Shown here piece by piece: positions 1 through 13,147 of a stretch of DNA of 64,000 nucleotides. The position numbers were made by a program, and so were the translations under genes. Source of the stretch: Phoronis australis (taxonomy: Eukaryota; Animalia; Phoronida); assembly GCA_002633005.1 (NCBI GenBank), contig NMRA01000612.1, positions 133,027 to 197,026 of the forward strand, written 5' to 3'. The notes beneath the pieces are model-generated. The model was not told the DNA's origin. It was given only the letters and a program-made list of their open reading frames with translations, and did not search any database. Position 1 is the first letter of the stretch. The number at the start of each line of letters is the position of its first letter.

Positions 1-1195
1 CTTTTGAGTGGAAAAGTCACAGACAACAGCCAAAAATGTAAGTATTTGAGTGATATTGCAAACAATGAGATCAATATACAGCGAAACCGCATTGATGCAT
101 AAAGTGGTGTGGTATTGGTGAAAAGTTATAAACCGGAAAGCAACGTAGGCACACCTTACCTAAACAGTTTCGGATCGAAAACCTTACCTGTGTTTGAGCA
201 AACGACAACCCTTTTGTTGCAAAAGTATGGAAAAATATACGTTTTCAAACCCAAAAGCCACCGTTATTTTGACCAGCGTTCCGTCAGCGTTCCATATCTT
301 CTGCTCAAAGCCTCGCTTTGAACTTCTTAGTTAACCAGCGCTTCTATAGGGGTCGCCAAGTAAACGGTTTAACTGCACAGTTGTCATCTGTTCTGTACTA
401 GGCCTACATCGAAAGGTTTAAAAATACATAGCTGCTTCCGTCGACGGTTTTGCGTTATGCAACTGTAGCGGTGGTGTTATAGGCAGCGTTGTGTTTTATG
501 TATGTCGTGAATGACCGCAAGTGTCGACCTGACGGATAGATGCTCAGTCGTTTTGAAGTTTGAATATTTAAAAAGCAGGAGTTAAAGGAGATTTGAATTG
601 ATTAAAAATACATTCTTATTTATTGATGTTGTTGAAAATTACAAACAGAGGTTATGAGAAAGAATTGATCAAAAACTATTAAGGAACTTTAAAACTTTTA
701 GAAGAAACTATAGGAGACTTACAAGACGTCACTCATATTTCTAGATTAGACTGGAGTGAGTTTCGAACCCCAGACAGCCCTCCAAAACTGCTTGTGCGCG
801 GCTTTTTATAGACCAAAAGAATGCACGTGTGGATGAGTCCAAAACATAAGTGACGTAATAAAACACCCCTATAGGAAGAGTCAATTAATAAAGTGGCGCG
901 AAACTGTAACTCTATAATTCGCAAAGGGAGGGCGCGCCTGTCACACTCCCCCAACCTCAGATCTAATGTAAATTATTTAACATAGATCAAAATTATACAG
1001 TAGTGACAGTGAGCGACAACTAATTCGTGATAACAAGGTATTCAAGATATTTTAAATGACATCAATAACTCTAGTAATTCACATACACAAAGACCTGAAC
1101 GGTTGGACCATAATAAAATAGAAATAAAATATATGCATAGAAAATGACAACAATTAACTGGGAAACGATTAACAACAACAATAACAACGTAAAAC

Positions 1196-1613
1196 TCAAA
1201 CACCAATAAATGCAACTAGACTTCTTTCCCATTCCAACAATTTGCCTTCGTCCATACCAAACTTCTCTAACTCTACATCTTGAAATGGTGCCCTCTTTCG
1301 ATAGAGCTCACCCATCCTGGCCCACCGCTTTGCCTCCCACACCCTCCGCCAGTGGTTCTTGTTGGCGACCTCTTCTTTCCGATAGGGTTTTGCAGAGTGC
1401 TGCGCCTTTCTCTGGTGGCGACGGGTCTGGTGGGCCCTAGGAGACCGGAAACCGCATGAGCACGTGTACAGTATAATGGTGCGGCAACATGCTGCTTCGT
1501 GGTCGATAGCCTGCGACACCTTCGCGAATTCCTTACTACAATCTCTGCACCTGTATTGATTCGAACTCTTCGCTATGATCTCTCCATACTCCCCAACCTC
1601 TGGATGTAATTCT
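1196..1613 (-). CDS. Small zinc-finger protein coding segment (two Cys/His fingers); start not identified
   Basis: The frame extends upstream of the tracked ORF: ELHPEVGEYGEIIAKSSNQYRCRDCSKEFAKVSQAIDHEAACCRTIILYTCSCGFRSPRAHQTRRHQRKAQH... It contains a YxCxxCxKxFxxxxxxxxHxxxC finger and a second C-x-C...H-x4/5-H finger. A possible acceptor (ttgcag) ends at 1614; there is no in-frame ATG. Confidence 0.45.
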
Positions 1614-2029
1614 CTGCAATGACATGTAAATTAAATTACGGTGACAGAAATCGAGGAGGTTTCTTAATAACTCGACCTCTCCGGGATAGATAGACATCAC
1701 TGCTCACACTGGGGGGCTCAGTGGGAATGCAGCTCTCTAGATTGTTCTCGGTTTCACCACCACATTGGTTATCGGTTTCCTCACTGGACTGGGAAGATCA
1801 TTTGAGTCAAAATTTAAATTGCTAAAATGATTATCTGGTTGTCGCCAGTCTTGGACATATGAGTTAAAACAGGGCTTAAGGTAGTACACGTGAACCGTAA
1901 TCAAGGGTCCGGATCACTCAGCTTGAATTTTATTAAAAAAATCGGTTATAAGGATGCATGTAATGGGAAGTATTAGTTCTTCTTTATCCATGCATTTTGA
2001 TAACAGTCCTTTTCACTAATCCTGTTATA

Positions 2030-3174
2030 TCACGAGGGTTTTTTATTCCATCTTTTATCAAGAGCGTCGCACACACTTTTCCACACGTATCCTTTTTTAC
2101 TCAACATCCTAAAATCGTATTGATACGTCCACTCTTTACGCCATGCATGGAATGAGTTGTATGCGGTCTCGTTTTTCCCAACTACAGTTAAATAGTGAGC
2201 GAGAGACTTGGGAGAGTCAAAATCATCAACATGAATGAAAGAATTCGGAGGTGCTACCTTAACATAGTCCTCTTTGTAGGCTCCCATTACTACTGGCACT
2301 GCATAACTGTCAAACGCTTGCATCCACATTTTTTTTCGCTGATGTAGCCTCGGCAGTTTGAATTCTCGAATGTTAAGAAAAACTTGTAATTTTTATTTTT
2401 TTGACAACCGTGGGCTATGTAGTGCCCCTCACACTTGAGATCACCACATTTACCATAAAAGTCGACGGTCGTGTGCTTTTGAAGTTCTTTAATGTACTTT
2501 ATCCTGCTATTTCGCACGTACTTACAATTGCTAATCATAGCCGCGACTAGTTTTTTGTTTATCCTTAAAAAAACATTTGTTTTTTTGATGGGCTTATCTC
2601 TTCTAATTCTCCAGCCGTATGACACTGGTGCATGCAAATCTTTTCGAAACGTCATGGACCAGTTAAAGGCGATTTTTCCGGTGAAATCCCCCATTTTGTA
2701 CCTGCCCTTATAATCTAAGATTGCAAAATAAGGACTTTCAACGTTGAAGTACAACCATCGTTGCCATGGTGCCCGCTCTTTCGGTAAAGTGTTAAGATAG
2801 GGTAGACGTCTTACCTCAATCACAACTGCGTGGCTCTTGTTCAAATACCTCTTGTCCCTGGTGACTAGGCAATTCCCCGTTTTGTAATTATCGGGAAGAC
2901 CGTTTTCTAAGCTCAGGTACAATGGGTTCCAGTCCATAATAGTAAATTTAGTGGGTTTCACAATCTCAGGCCGCGTAACCTGATTCCTTAACGTGTTTGA
3001 TTCCGCAGTATCACTGTTTGATAAGTTTTCATCAAAGGTGTTGCCGGCAGCATAGCATTTTCCACTGGCAAAGACGTTCAATACGTTCACCTGGGGAGGA
3101 GCATACCAGCATAAGACAAACACTAGCAGCACACCCACCATTAAAACAATGGCAAATTTGGTTCGGAGGTCCAT
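2030..3174 (-). CDS. Intronless alpha-(1,3)-fucosyltransferase (GT10 family, FucT-C-like) with one frameshift at an A8 run (2329-2336)
   Basis: Type II N-terminal TM anchor and stem. GT10 motifs: ERAPWQRWLYFNVESP, FNWSMTFRKD, VAAMISNC..R.KY..EL..VDFYGKCG, YKFFLTFENSNCRGYISEK. The protein continues in another frame with MWMQAFDSYAVPVVMG...PPNSFIHVDDFDSPKSLAHYL. Confidence 0.9.
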
Positions 3175-5229
3175 CGCAGCTGAAACGAAAACATCAGTGT
3201 ATCATTTTAAGGTGATATCAATTTATTGAAGAACACTTAGATTATACAAGGAAAATAATGACAACCCCAGAAATCGCGAAGCATTATATTTGGGTTGTAG
3301 ACAGTACGTAGAGAAAAGTAGTATACACAAAACTGGTCTAAATATTGAAATATTTAGATATGCTATATTCATTCTAATTCACTACTCCCTTTTATTTTAC
3401 GTAGTTTTGAAAAAATACCATGAACAAATTGTTATGAAACAAGCCCATGTAATCGAATATGTTTACTGTTAGATGTATTTCACTTTACTATTGTTGAGAT
3501 AACCGTGCTCTTTACCTCGCTGCCTAAAGATGTGATATCGTCATACAAATAGTTCAAGGTTTTAGCCCTATTTACTGCAAACATCGTAATTTTTGATGTT
3601 ACATTTTGTTTATAAGCCCTATGTTTCATAAATTACAGGTCTTAATGCTTTTGGAGGCCAACTGAGTGGGTAAAATTATCATTACGTGTTGTACACCTGC
3701 GCCACGGGCTGACAGCAAAATTATACAGAAGAATCACAGGCCAAAACCTACATTGGCGATAGTGGTAATCAGAAAAACATTTAGTCACGGGTGAAACCGT
3801 CTTATAATCAGCATAGCAAAACTATCCCTTAAACGTTAATCTTAAGGAATAAAATATTGCAAATCTAACTCAGAAAATTAATACAGTTAATTTATCCAAT
3901 AAAAAAATTTGCGACAAAACCGTAACAGCAAGCTGAACGATTATACAAATTAAACAATACAAAGATACAGTACCTACTGTAGATTTAAATATATCTAAAA
4001 TTCAACTCCGCCTGACGTGAGAATAGAGATGCATCCATAACATGTACAAGAGTAGTATAATAATTGTTTGGTTTTATGAAGATAGATATTGTAATTGGCA
4101 GTATGTCTAATGTTAATGGATCGATAACACAAAATGAAAATGCAACAGATAAATTAAAGATGCTCTTAAAAGAAACACGAATTTGCCTTTTAGTAAGGCT
4201 CGAATTTGGCAAAAATGACTGTCGAGGGCAATTGGGGGTAATGCAGATCTGACAATTGATTTCAACTAATTTTGGGGTGCTGAATCCAAAAAAGTTGTAT
4301 GACGGGTTGGATTTTGCCGGCATATCCCTCAAATCCAAGATGGCCGCCATATGCCATGTAGAAATCGGCAAGTCCCCATAAATACCTTTTAGAATAATTT
4401 TGATACATCAAGCTATAGCTTTTCAGGTGTGATAAAATCGATTCTGATACTATTCTTGTGATTGGAGGTCAAGGGCACTTGAAAAGGTCAATGTCAAGGT
4501 CACATTGGAAATACAGTGATGTCAAATATTTCAGGGCATCTTTACACATAAATTCAGACTGGCGTTAGGTATTGAATTTGTATGGCAAAATGGATTTTTC
4601 AGCTTACGTAATCTATAAATCTAAGATGGCCGCCAGCCGCCGTTGTGGAATTGTAATGCCTAAGGAAGTATTGCTAACACCAATTGCATATTTCAACAGG
4701 GAATGACATAACCAGCAATTTGGGCAACACTCTTGCAATATTGAAAATACCCTAAGGCATAGATTGAATACAGTAAATAAATCTTCAAATTGGAATAAAA
4801 ACGGTTGCTAAAACTGCCGTTTCTCTTTATTAAAAACTGAAAATGAACCAAATGCTCAAGGTTTACTAATTTAATGTTTGATGCCTGCACACCATATGAA
4901 ATGTAAAAACAAGAACGTCTTTAAAGGTCAGTGGCGAATTGACTCTGGTCTAAATGGAATTTTGTTTGACAGCCATACTGTGACTGATGAGCTGGTTTTG
5001 CTTGAGGGTCTTCTCCCGACAACACGTTGAACTTTACTGCTCGGAGAATGGCTAGGATCTCAAAGCGGTAGGGCAGGAAGCTTATTGCCACACTCGCGAG
5101 CTTTAGCTAATTTTGACTTCGGACTGAATGTTTGCAACAGACCCACTTATTTTGAGCAACCCTTTGTGTCCATTTTTCACTACACCAGGAGATACATCCT
5201 CAGTCGTCATGTTCCCTGGTACAACTTTG

Positions 5230-5292
5230 GTCAATATTGAGAAATCCAAAAGTCAAATTAGAATGTGTGGTGATTATAAAGTTACTGTGACG
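5230..5292 (+). mobile_element. Tiny Gypsy-type reverse transcriptase remnant
   Basis: Peptide KSQIRMCGDYKVTV matches the Gypsy RT motif IRxCGDYKVTVN; nothing flanking is recognisable. Confidence 0.5.
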
Positions 5293-5649
5293 AGCAACAG
5301 AACAAAATTCTTACTACTGGTGATTTGTTTAACACATTATCATGTGCTTTAGGTTTCAGTAAGGTTATCATGTGTGAGTCTGATATTTGATGTCGGAAAT
5401 ACACAATGATTGACGACTTTTGAACTTCTATCCGATTGAAGAACGAAGACGGTCATGAAATTCACGGACACATTCAGTTTAGTTTTGTGTTGTAGTTACA
5501 TTGTATGAATGTGTGATTGCATGTGTCAATTACTGGTGTATTGTTACAATTAGTTTTGCAAATGTCATATTATTTTACTTCAGCTTGTATTGTCAAGAAG
5601 ATAAGGGTTTGGGGTTAGATAATGGTTAAATTATACCGTATTACCTTAA

Positions 5650-8150
5650 GAGTGAAGTACTGCTCACAGCAGGCAAAATGCCCAGAGGGGTCATAAACCC
5701 AATGTCACCGATTTCAACCATATTATGCATTTTAGTTACCTTTGGGATGATAAGCAAAAGAGGAAAGTCCAATCTCATTTTACCATGTCTAAGGGGGAGA
5801 AATCAGGGAGCCTCTGTTTTAGGGGTCATGCAATGAACTCGCCGAAAATGCCTTATTTGCACTGCTTAATAAATATACCGGCGAACCAAATCATTATTTG
5901 TTTGTAACTTATAAATAAAGCAAGTCTTTGGCTTCACAAGGGTGTTAAACAATACTCATTAACTCTGCCGCTAAGTTAAAAATTTCTGGCATAAAATATA
6001 GAGGGGTCAGAGGTTAACAAGGCATTGCTATTTTGCCAGACTTTGAGCCCGTATATCTCAGCTGGCACAACACTGATCAAAACCAGACTTTTACACAAGA
6101 CGTTTGTATCTTATTGCTGTTGATTAGTACAATAAAATTTTCTGGCGCTGAGCATTTTCCTATAGGAATTGCAAGATTGTGACAACCACCTGAGTAGAAA
6201 TTAGCTTCAATACCGATACCTGTTTGGAACATTACAACACCAGTAAAGTGCATAGTTTTGATTCAAAAGTTGGATTATTAATATTTAGTTTAGAGTCATT
6301 AAGTCAGGTGAAATTGTTTAAGGTATTTTTCCTTTTTATTTAAAATTCCGCGTTTTTCGTGAACCCAGTGTCCAACAACAGGTGTCACTTTAGTGGTGGC
6401 AAAATGGCTGATCCTGACTTGCTGTGTTAACTGCTAGTATGATGGAGTGTGATGAAGTGTGTGGGACTTCAAAAGAATGTCCTCTGCACATGTGTGAAAT
6501 CTTGATGCGGCATAAAGTGAGTACCAATCCACCGCACCTACAGACTGCGGCAACTGAATTTGGCGAGAGTCGGACAATTTACAAATTCTTGTTCACCGGA
6601 CCCGTGTCACGCCTGTGTGACTGCGTCCAAGGCAAGGGCAAGACACCAGGCTCATCGTGGAATTCTGTGGAAACCAAGTAGACTATGCAAACACCCATTT
6701 CATTAGCAGTAGCTCGCGTGCCAAGCCTGAAGTGGGGATGGTATTTCAATGTCGAAAGTCAACTTACTTCCACAGGAACTCAACGATGAACAGTTTCAAT
6801 GCATGTGTTCTTTCCTGTTGGACCTGGTGAGTACTACTACTACTTTGTCTGAATTTGAAGTTATCACGGTAGCATTGTGGCGGTAATAGTCAGTTTTGTG
6901 GATACTTGATTCGAGAACCAGTTAGCACCACTAGAAACAAGTTACAGATGTTATTCCAATGCAGTACCCTGCAGTGCAAGTTACTCATTTCAGAAATTTC
7001 ACAAACTGTGTGACCATGCATGTACCACAAAATATAACAACAGCACTTGTTTTTGAACAGTATAGACAGAGCTTTTTAGTGTGCCCACTGGTGTAATTTT
7101 GTAGTCCTATGCCTGCATCACTGTAAACAGCTGATGAACAGTCTTGTGTTCCTAACGGCAAATGATATACCTGTGCTGTCGCCGTTGTTGGAGTCTAGGC
7201 TAGCGTAGAGCTATTCAGTCCACTTACTAGTACCGTCTTGTGTTAATTGTAAGTTCAGTCCGAGATTATGTGCATCTAGTGACCTGTAGTTGTTGCAAGC
7301 GGAAAATGCAATATCTCTTTGACTTTAACTTTTCAACAACCATTATTGTTGTTATGCGTCTTCTTTTTAGTTCATTACAAGAAGTATTTTTCCTATTCAT
7401 ATATTGATGAATGCTGTAGTCACAGCATTATAAATTCCAATTTTAACTGACAACCTGCATGCCGCAATTTCTTTTCACTTCAGCTGTCAGTGAATTATGT
7501 AGTTCTGGAAATCATAGCATGTCGTTATGTTTTATGAGTACCAATATGTCGACATTTATTGTCTTGATATGATATTCTTATGATGTCCAAAGGAATCCGG
7601 CAAAAATGAATCAAATACCCACAGTGTTTTTTTCTTGTTGTACTTAGGGTCATTTTACATATTACACTCCACGGGTCAAAAGAATTATCTCATCTAAAAT
7701 CATTGGATCACTCAGCAGCAGTCACACCTGTGTAGTGGCTGGGCTCTGCGAAGTTCTGCAAAAAGTGTATAATTTGAGACTGTTACAACCTGCCTGTCAT
7801 TTTTCAGAAAGTAGAACAACAAAGCAGACCCGCAAGAACTGCACAGGCGATGAAGACGGATGAGCAGTTTCGGGAGGAAGGCTGGCTGACACTACAACAG
7901 GATAAAAGTTTCGTTTCACGCTTGGCCGTCTTGAACCGCGTTGGAAAATGGTCAAATGAGGGAGATAATTAACTTGACTGTCAGTGATGTCCAGAAATAC
8001 TCCGGATTTCATCTTTGTCCGAACTTTGTACAATCTGTTGGCTTGTCTGAGTGATTTAACCAGTTGTAATTGATGTGATATTGTAGAAACTGAGGTAAAT
8101 GCAAAATGCAATATAGCAACACTTGTTGTGATTTTGTCAGTAAAATTTAG
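5650..8150 (+). mobile_element. Degenerate intron-containing DNA transposon, Sola3-like; 5' end present, interrupted by the Ngaro/DIRS fragment
   Basis: Begins TTAA|GAGTGAAGTAC at 5646-5660; a TTAA target with a 5'-GAG terminus is what I recall for Sola3. Frameshifted peptides: HRGILWKPSRLCKHPFH (~6650-6705), then C-terminal GWALRSS (7737), KADPQELH (~7821) and IKSFVSR (~7902). No matching right TIR was found. Confidence 0.55.
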
Positions 8151-9500
8151 GCCGGGCTTGGTCCATCTTTCTCCGAGGCTTCAATGGGAAAACACTGTTC
8201 CTATTCGACGAGTGGACATCTTCAGACACCATCAAACTGTACTCTGATGCGGCGGGCTCCAACGGGGGTTTTGCTGCGACATTGGGAGCTTCCTGGTTTG
8301 CCTGCCCGTGGCCTGAGTACCTGCAACGCCATCACATCACCTTCAAGGAACTCCTTCCGATTGTCATAGCGCTAGAACTGTGGGGCTCAAAGCTCGCCAA
8401 CCACAAGATCCTCTTCCTGTGCGACAACCGTGCTGTCGTTGACATTATCAACAAGACATCCTCCCGCCACGCCCCCATTATGTCTCTTGTCCGTCGTCTG
8501 GTCATCTCCGCTCTTACCTTTAATGTTCATTTTCGGGCAAAGCATATCCCCGGCTACACTAACATCATTGCTGATGCACTTTCTCGTTTCAACTTTCAGG
8601 TCGCCTTTTCCCAGGGTTATTGGCTCAGCCCTCATCCGACACCGATCCCACAGCACCTCCTGACAGAGTGACCAGACTGCTCCGGGCTTCCCTGGCCCCC
8701 TCCACGCTTCAGTCCTACACCCGCATCCTGCGTAACCTCGCACAGTTTCACCTCTCCTCTAACAACTCTCCGCTCACCTTGCCCATTAATACCTCTTTCT
8801 TGGCCATCTNNNNNNNNNNNNNNNNNNNNNNNNNNNNNNNNNNNNNNNNNNNNNNNNNNNNNNNNNNNNNNNNNNNNNNNNNNNNNNNNNNNNNNNNNNN
8901 NNNNNNNNNNNNNNNNNNNNNNNNNNNNNNNNNNNNNNNNNNNNNNNNNNNNNNNNNNNNNNNNNNNNNNNNNNNNNNNNNNNNNNNNNNNNNNNNNNNN
9001 NNNNNNNNNNNNNNNNNNNNNNNNNNNNNNNNNNNNNNNNNNNNNNNNNNNNNNNNNNNNNNNNNNNNNNNNNNNNNNNNNNNNNNNNNNNNNTAGGTCA
9101 GGACTGTTGTTGCAGCCGGCCTCCTCCCGTTCGCAGGTCTGTTGTTGCAGCCTGTGGCCCAAGGCCTGTAGTTGCAGGCTTCAATTTCTAGTCATTAGTT
9201 CTAGTTAACTTTACTTCCATTTCGTTATGTTCTTGTTTTTTATATTCTAGCCTTATGTATTCTAATTTGCTGTTAACCTGTTTAGTACCTATATTTTATC
9301 ATAGTCTAACCTTGTTATTGCCCGGGTTTCGCTTCCTCGGATGGGCGATGTCAGCATTCCCGTGCTGCCATTATGGCGTTTTGTGCATGCCCATCTTGCA
9401 GAGTCTTAGTTAGTTTTATCTATTACGTCATAATAAATGACAAATATTCCCAATCCTCCTCTTGTTTTACTCTGCAACATAGCTCGTGGCGTACCCCGGG
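8150..9500 (+). mobile_element. Ngaro/DIRS-type tyrosine-recombinase retrotransposon fragment: RNase H C-terminal part, start of the YR ORF, and 3' non-coding region
   Basis: Open frame from ~8156: WSIFLRGFNGK...LYSDAAGSNGGFAATLGASWF...HITFKELLPIVIALELWG...LFLCDNRAVV...AKHIPGYTNIIADALSR (DIRS/Ngaro RNase H). An overlapping frame, RLLRASLAPSTLQSYTR, is the typical YR N-terminus. C-rich composition; N-gap at 8810-9093. Confidence 0.9.
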
Positions 9501-9739
9501 CAAAATAGATTACGATAAAGGCTATTTAGTCAGTGTTCTGGTTGAAACTTTGCTGTCAAATTTTTTTAAAGATGCTGGTATTTCAGTTTTCATCTTTTAA
9601 ATTCAAATTACACCACTTCATCTCACTTAACTAAAAGCAGAGCCTTATCTGAGTGTTAACTTATGTACAAGCTTAAGGAAAGGTAGGCAGACTGGCTAGT
9701 TTCATGTAGTATATGTGATGACAAATTAAGGGAGGGCCC

Positions 9740-10295
9740 TATCAGGTTAACGTTGGGAATGTCACTGGCATTTAGATCAATGAACACATTTTCATATCTC
9801 GTTTTTCCATTCTACTTTGTACCACTTAACTGGGTGACCAGTGTTAAACCAGATTATAGTCACATTAAACATGATTTTGACTGTAATCTGTTCCAACATT
9901 GTTTTTGCAGAATGAGAGTTATTTGTACGGCATGTGATGATGAGTTAAGGGAAGTCACCTGTATACTGAATTGTTAACATCAGGAGTGTCATGCTTGAGC
10001 CAATTCACTGGTATTTAGATCTTTTAACCCATTTAGATATCTCGTGTTTTCAATGGTAGTTTGTATAACTTAACCAGGCGATGAGTGCTAAACCAGATTC
10101 TAGTCGCATTAAATATCACTTTTTAGTTTAAAGTGGTCCAACATTGTATATACAGACTGGGGAGTTACATGTACAGTATGGTATGAGGAGGTACATGTAA
10201 GTGAGATCACCTGTATTTTGAGCAGCTCACACAGGAGTGCTATTTGAGCCAGTCCATTAGAACTTAGATCAGTTACCACTTTTAGATATCTCTGC
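9740..10295. repeat. Degenerate tandem repeat, ~245-bp unit, ~2.3 copies
   Basis: Anchor cactgg(c/t)atttagatc...atatctc recurs at ~9763, ~10006 and ~10255. Confidence 0.65.
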
Positions 10296-11867
10296 TGTGA
10301 TTTTGCCTTAGAAAGTTGGTAGTCTTGCTATTAAAGCACCTCGAAGACTTAGTAGTTAGAACCCAATGTGCATGAAGTTATATTTTGAACTTAAGTTTCA
10401 AAGTTATACGCTGTATATTGTTTGTCTGCTGAGAAGTCATGGAAAAACATGAGCTACAATACAATACTTGTCGTGTACTTATGGACTTTATACTGAAAGC
10501 AGCCTTAATCATCCTCATTTCCTTCACATGACCTCTGCAGTGGATGAAAATCTGGTCATGCTTCCAACAGGAGGCATTTATATGGTCAAGTAACAGCTGA
10601 TCACCTGGAACAGGATACCTTTGCCCTCTGGAGGACTGGGAAGTAATTTGAATTCACGCTTTAGACTTCTCACAACTAGTCACCACACTTATTCAAGTAC
10701 GTTCCTCTGTGCCTCTCACTGCGCAGGTGAAGTATCTTCTCACTGGTAGCTGATTCCATTTAGTCAGCCCCCATTGCTACTCGAAAGTCTCCCATTTTTC
10801 ACTTGTGTCAATCCCAACAAATTGCGCGCAGATACAGCGAAATGATTACATTAGCCAGCCATACCACTTCAAAAGTGAAGTTATTGGGACACTGACGGCT
10901 ATATAACGTCCACGGAGTGAATCTGACCAGTTGTTTCGCATTTGCCTGTAATTGCCAATGAATCTTTCACCTTGGCACTGTCCTCCGCTTTCAACGCCCT
11001 GCATCAAAACCACTTGAAGATTCCTTAAAAAAAATGTTTGTTCAGACACACTCCACAGCTAACCCACAGTAAGCATCTTTGTTAACAGGACAATCAAAGA
11101 TAAAACCAAAAATAACTGGTCTTGTTTATACAACACTGTAAGATTTGGAACGTCGCAAGTGGGGAGGGGCAACTACGATTTTTGAAGGAAAATATGAAAA
11201 TGATTTGTCGGCGGTGTTTTTTTTTGTTTTTAGCCGTGCAAATAAGATTACTGAGCTTTGTAAAACAATCACACTTTAATATTGATTAAAATACACATTT
11301 TCTTTCTCATTCTATTGTAAGTGGATGTTAGATTATGTATTCTAACCATTTTCAATCACACAGTAATTTTATTGCACGTTGAATGTCATTAAAATATGAA
11401 TTTATGAGTGTTTACATTCTTCGGACTGTGCCCTCAACTAAGTGTTGATTATTCACCGCTTGGGGCGCTAGTGTTTCGACCGGTAACCATTGCGGCGAAT
11501 GGTAAAATGGCGGAGTGAACTCTCCTGTACTAGTACACTCCTTGGTGTAAGTCAGTAAGGGTATTTATAAGGCACTGTCTTCGCCATTTTGTTCAATTAA
11601 ATTGTTACTTCAAGAGAAATTTGTATTTTCTTGTTGAGTCTCCTTGTAGCCACTGGATCAATACTCACATGTGTGGAACAATTTAACTGACACTATTGTT
11701 TTGTTGAGTCGAACGAAAGTCGTGGGGTAGACCACACACTTTGAATCACAGAATTCATCTAGTGATAATGAGATTTTAGCAATAGCAGTATAATACTTCC
11801 ATTTCTCAGGTGAAGTAACAATAATGCACAAACAGGTGACACCAAAATACAAACATTCAATGGTCAG

Positions 11868-12106
11868 CTACATCTGTGTAGCCTATATAATGCCCCACAG
11901 GGTCTGTAAATTTGTTAGTTATTGTCCATGAACAACTCTGACCAACCCTCTGCACACTTCTTCCAAGTCGTCCATGTCGCCACAAGATAAACTTCTGTAT
12001 GCCTAGACACATTCTGATCAGTCTCGGGCCTCAGTGCCATAAAGTCATTCCGTTGCAGCTCATCTAAGGCAAGAACGGTTTCATCTAGGCAAAACACTCA
12101 GAAATC
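11868..12106 (-). pseudogene. Fragment of a P2X7 C-terminal (ballast/Nanor-like) domain gene, the type carried as an accessory gene by Kolobok transposons
   Basis: After acceptor tttcag: DF*VFCLDETVLALDELQRND..., then after a frameshift WRHGRLGRSVQRVGQSCSWTITNKFTDPVGHYIGY. This matches the W.HG.LG...R.V.PSC....IR..FP.P.G.Y.GF signature. Confidence 0.7.
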
Positions 12107-12719
12107 CTGAAAATATCAGAAAATGTAGTTTTATGCTGTTTTAGCATCATTTCAGATTTGACAAGGAAATGTGTAGTAACTTGTCGCTTACAAATGAATT
12201 ATAAGCCACAACTGGTTGATGCGGATTGACATGCTTAGATTAGAGCCAGTGTTATATCACTATGTCACGTTGGAAACGTATTTCTCGTAAGCAACTGATA
12301 TCGTCGATAGAAAAAAAATCGTGTGCCTACTTGTAGTATCTAATCTCCTCGAAGAGGAAGAGGTGACAATCAAACTCGACGAAGTCATGAGGCACTAAAA
12401 CTAAAACTCGATCTCAGGTTTACACACGACACGGCCACGGATAGGTCGACTTCGATTGACATAAATCATTAAGAGAACTAAGATTCAGAGCAAATAAATC
12501 TAGTTGTTTACGGGTAGGCACCAAGCAGTGTAATTTCCAAATGTTAGTGACTTTTGATTCCTTGTGTTTTTCTGACAACATGTGCCAAAACACTTTCGCT
12601 GAAGGTCCGTTCTCTTCTTATACGTTTTAACAATTAACAGTAAAGTACCCGGGGTACATATATGGTTGTAATTTACGGAAAGTGTTAACTGTAGCGGTAT
12701 CTTTCGACTGACTACAGGA

Positions 12720-12925
12720 GACTCTTGCGCTGATCAGCAGAATCTATGACTATCTTGATAATTACTTCACCCCAATAGCTATATTCATGGACTTTTCAAA
12801 AGCATTTGACACAATATACCATAATACATTACAAGAAAAATTGTCAAAATGGTATCCTGAACGCAGAACTAAACTGATTTACTAGTTACCTAGACAACAG
12901 GTCACAATATATCGCATACAATCGA
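12720..12925 (+). mobile_element. CR1/L2-type LINE reverse transcriptase fragment
   Basis: Translates (with frameshifts) to LISRIYDYLD...PIAIFMDFSKAFDTIYHNTLQEKLSK...FTSYLDNRSQYIAY. Confidence 0.85.
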
Positions 12926-13147
12926 CCCAAATCGTCAATCAGCTCCTCACAAGATCTTCAAACAGCTCAAGTAAGTAGCTGCCACGCTCCTTTGTTTGAG
13001 GATTGTAATCAGAAAACACTTCATGAAATTATCCCTGTTCGTGTAAGATGGAAAGGTAATGATATTGCAATACTCACTTAGGCATTCTTCGACAATGGTA
13101 GCAGTGGATGTATCCTTGCCGATCGCCTTAAATCTGATTTACATTCC

